NCBI GenBank assembly: GCA_024137785.1
Contig: JAHRHZ010000032.1
Coordinates: 124,001-188,000, forward strand
From: Ginglymostoma cirratum
Lineage: Eukaryota
Length of the DNA stretch: 64,000 nucleotides
Direction of reading: 5' to 3'
The notes beneath the pieces were generated by a model. It was not told where the DNA came from and searched no databases. It worked only from the letters and a program-made list of their open reading frames with translations. Every line of letters starts with the position of its first letter. Position 1 is the first letter of the stretch. Below, piece by piece: positions 63,378 through 64,000 of the stretch. A program made the translations under genes and the position numbers.

Positions 63378-64000
63378 ATGGTCAAGTGACTTCTGGAAGC
63401 TTCATTTCACTTCACTTAAAAGCCTGATGTTGTCCATCCTGCACTCAGTGTGAATGGAGCATCGTTGCGAGCGGAGACAGTAGCATTGATTCGAATTTAC
63501 TTCTTTGGAGCAGGAATCATTCTGATACCGTCTCCTTTCCATTTCCTCGGTATTTTGTCAACCGTTTATAAAAATCATTGACATCTTAAATTCATCAATT
63601 GAAGCAATTTAAACAAATCCAGAACTGAGCTTCGAATCCCAGGCCTTGTGTTTTAGAGCACAGGGCTAGTGTTAATGGACTACTTCAAAATTTTATCAAT
63701 TTTCTGAAGAAGGATAAATTACATTTAGATATTTACCTGTAGCTGAATTCTTTTTAAGGATATACTATTTCTGACAAAAGGTTTAATTTGATAAATTATA
63801 ACATACAATATATTCAACAAACTCTAAACCACCCTACATTTGGGATAAAATTTCAGTAATTTTCAAATTTTAATGTCACTACATCCTAAAACAAATACTT
63901 GTTGGGTAAGAAAAAATATCACATACCTGAGGTGACTAAACAATATCTTTTACAAGATTGTTCTATATAACAAATGCTGGCTTTAATTCGGCTGCTCAAT

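Noticed and set aside
63927-64000. Donor-like CAG|gtatgt at the window end, as candidate exon 1
   Set aside because: The phase-1 frame (ASICYIEQSCKRYCLVTS) has no Met in view and is not signal-peptide-like.
1-64000. CRISPR arrays, rRNA, or prokaryotic operons/defence systems
   Set aside because: No repeat-spacer arrays or gene-dense regions; all RT motifs belong to eukaryotic non-LTR elements.

Overview
Vertebrate genomic DNA, almost certainly shark: it carries HE1/V-SINEs, Deu-type SINEs and dense CR1 LINEs. There is one 100-N gap at 37062-37161. The single host gene I can support is missing from the ORF track because its exons are tiny. It is CD247 (T-cell receptor CD3-zeta chain) on the minus strand, with coding exons 2-8 at 34734-34837, 33449-33517, 21518-21607, 20403-20435, 17303-17359, 16324-16362 and 10650-10733. 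All splice sites are GT-AG. Spliced product: xADVMNLDDPKLCYILDGILFVYGIVVTGLYLKLR-LTKAKGKHEDIPANQPNTEDQYQ-PLQKRDQDAYSHLGFNKRNQDTEAGFGTKH-RDGAAHNDTYS-KLNPKNRSEPYGELKPTQQ-PKRRGKGGNDIYQ-GLSTATQDTYDQLQMQPLPAVPSAPRR*. It has three ITAMs. I did not find the signal-peptide exon 1, which probably lies beyond 64000. Most of the remainder is nested retroelements: CR1, RTE, Tx1-like, Rex/Babar, L2/CR1-group LINEs, SINEs and Penelope-like elements (PLEs). Highlights: (1) ITAM1 resembles the CD3-gamma/delta ITAM far more than mammalian zeta ITAM1. (2) The C-terminus has a proline-rich extension with PSAP and PxxPxR motifs. (3) There are nine PLE-type minimal hammerhead ribozyme motifs, in fold-back palindromic insertions and in ~110-145-bp ribozyme-headed mini-elements. 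(4) A telomeric-repeat insertion lies inside a SINE. Repeat boundaries are approximate; exon boundaries were read base by base.
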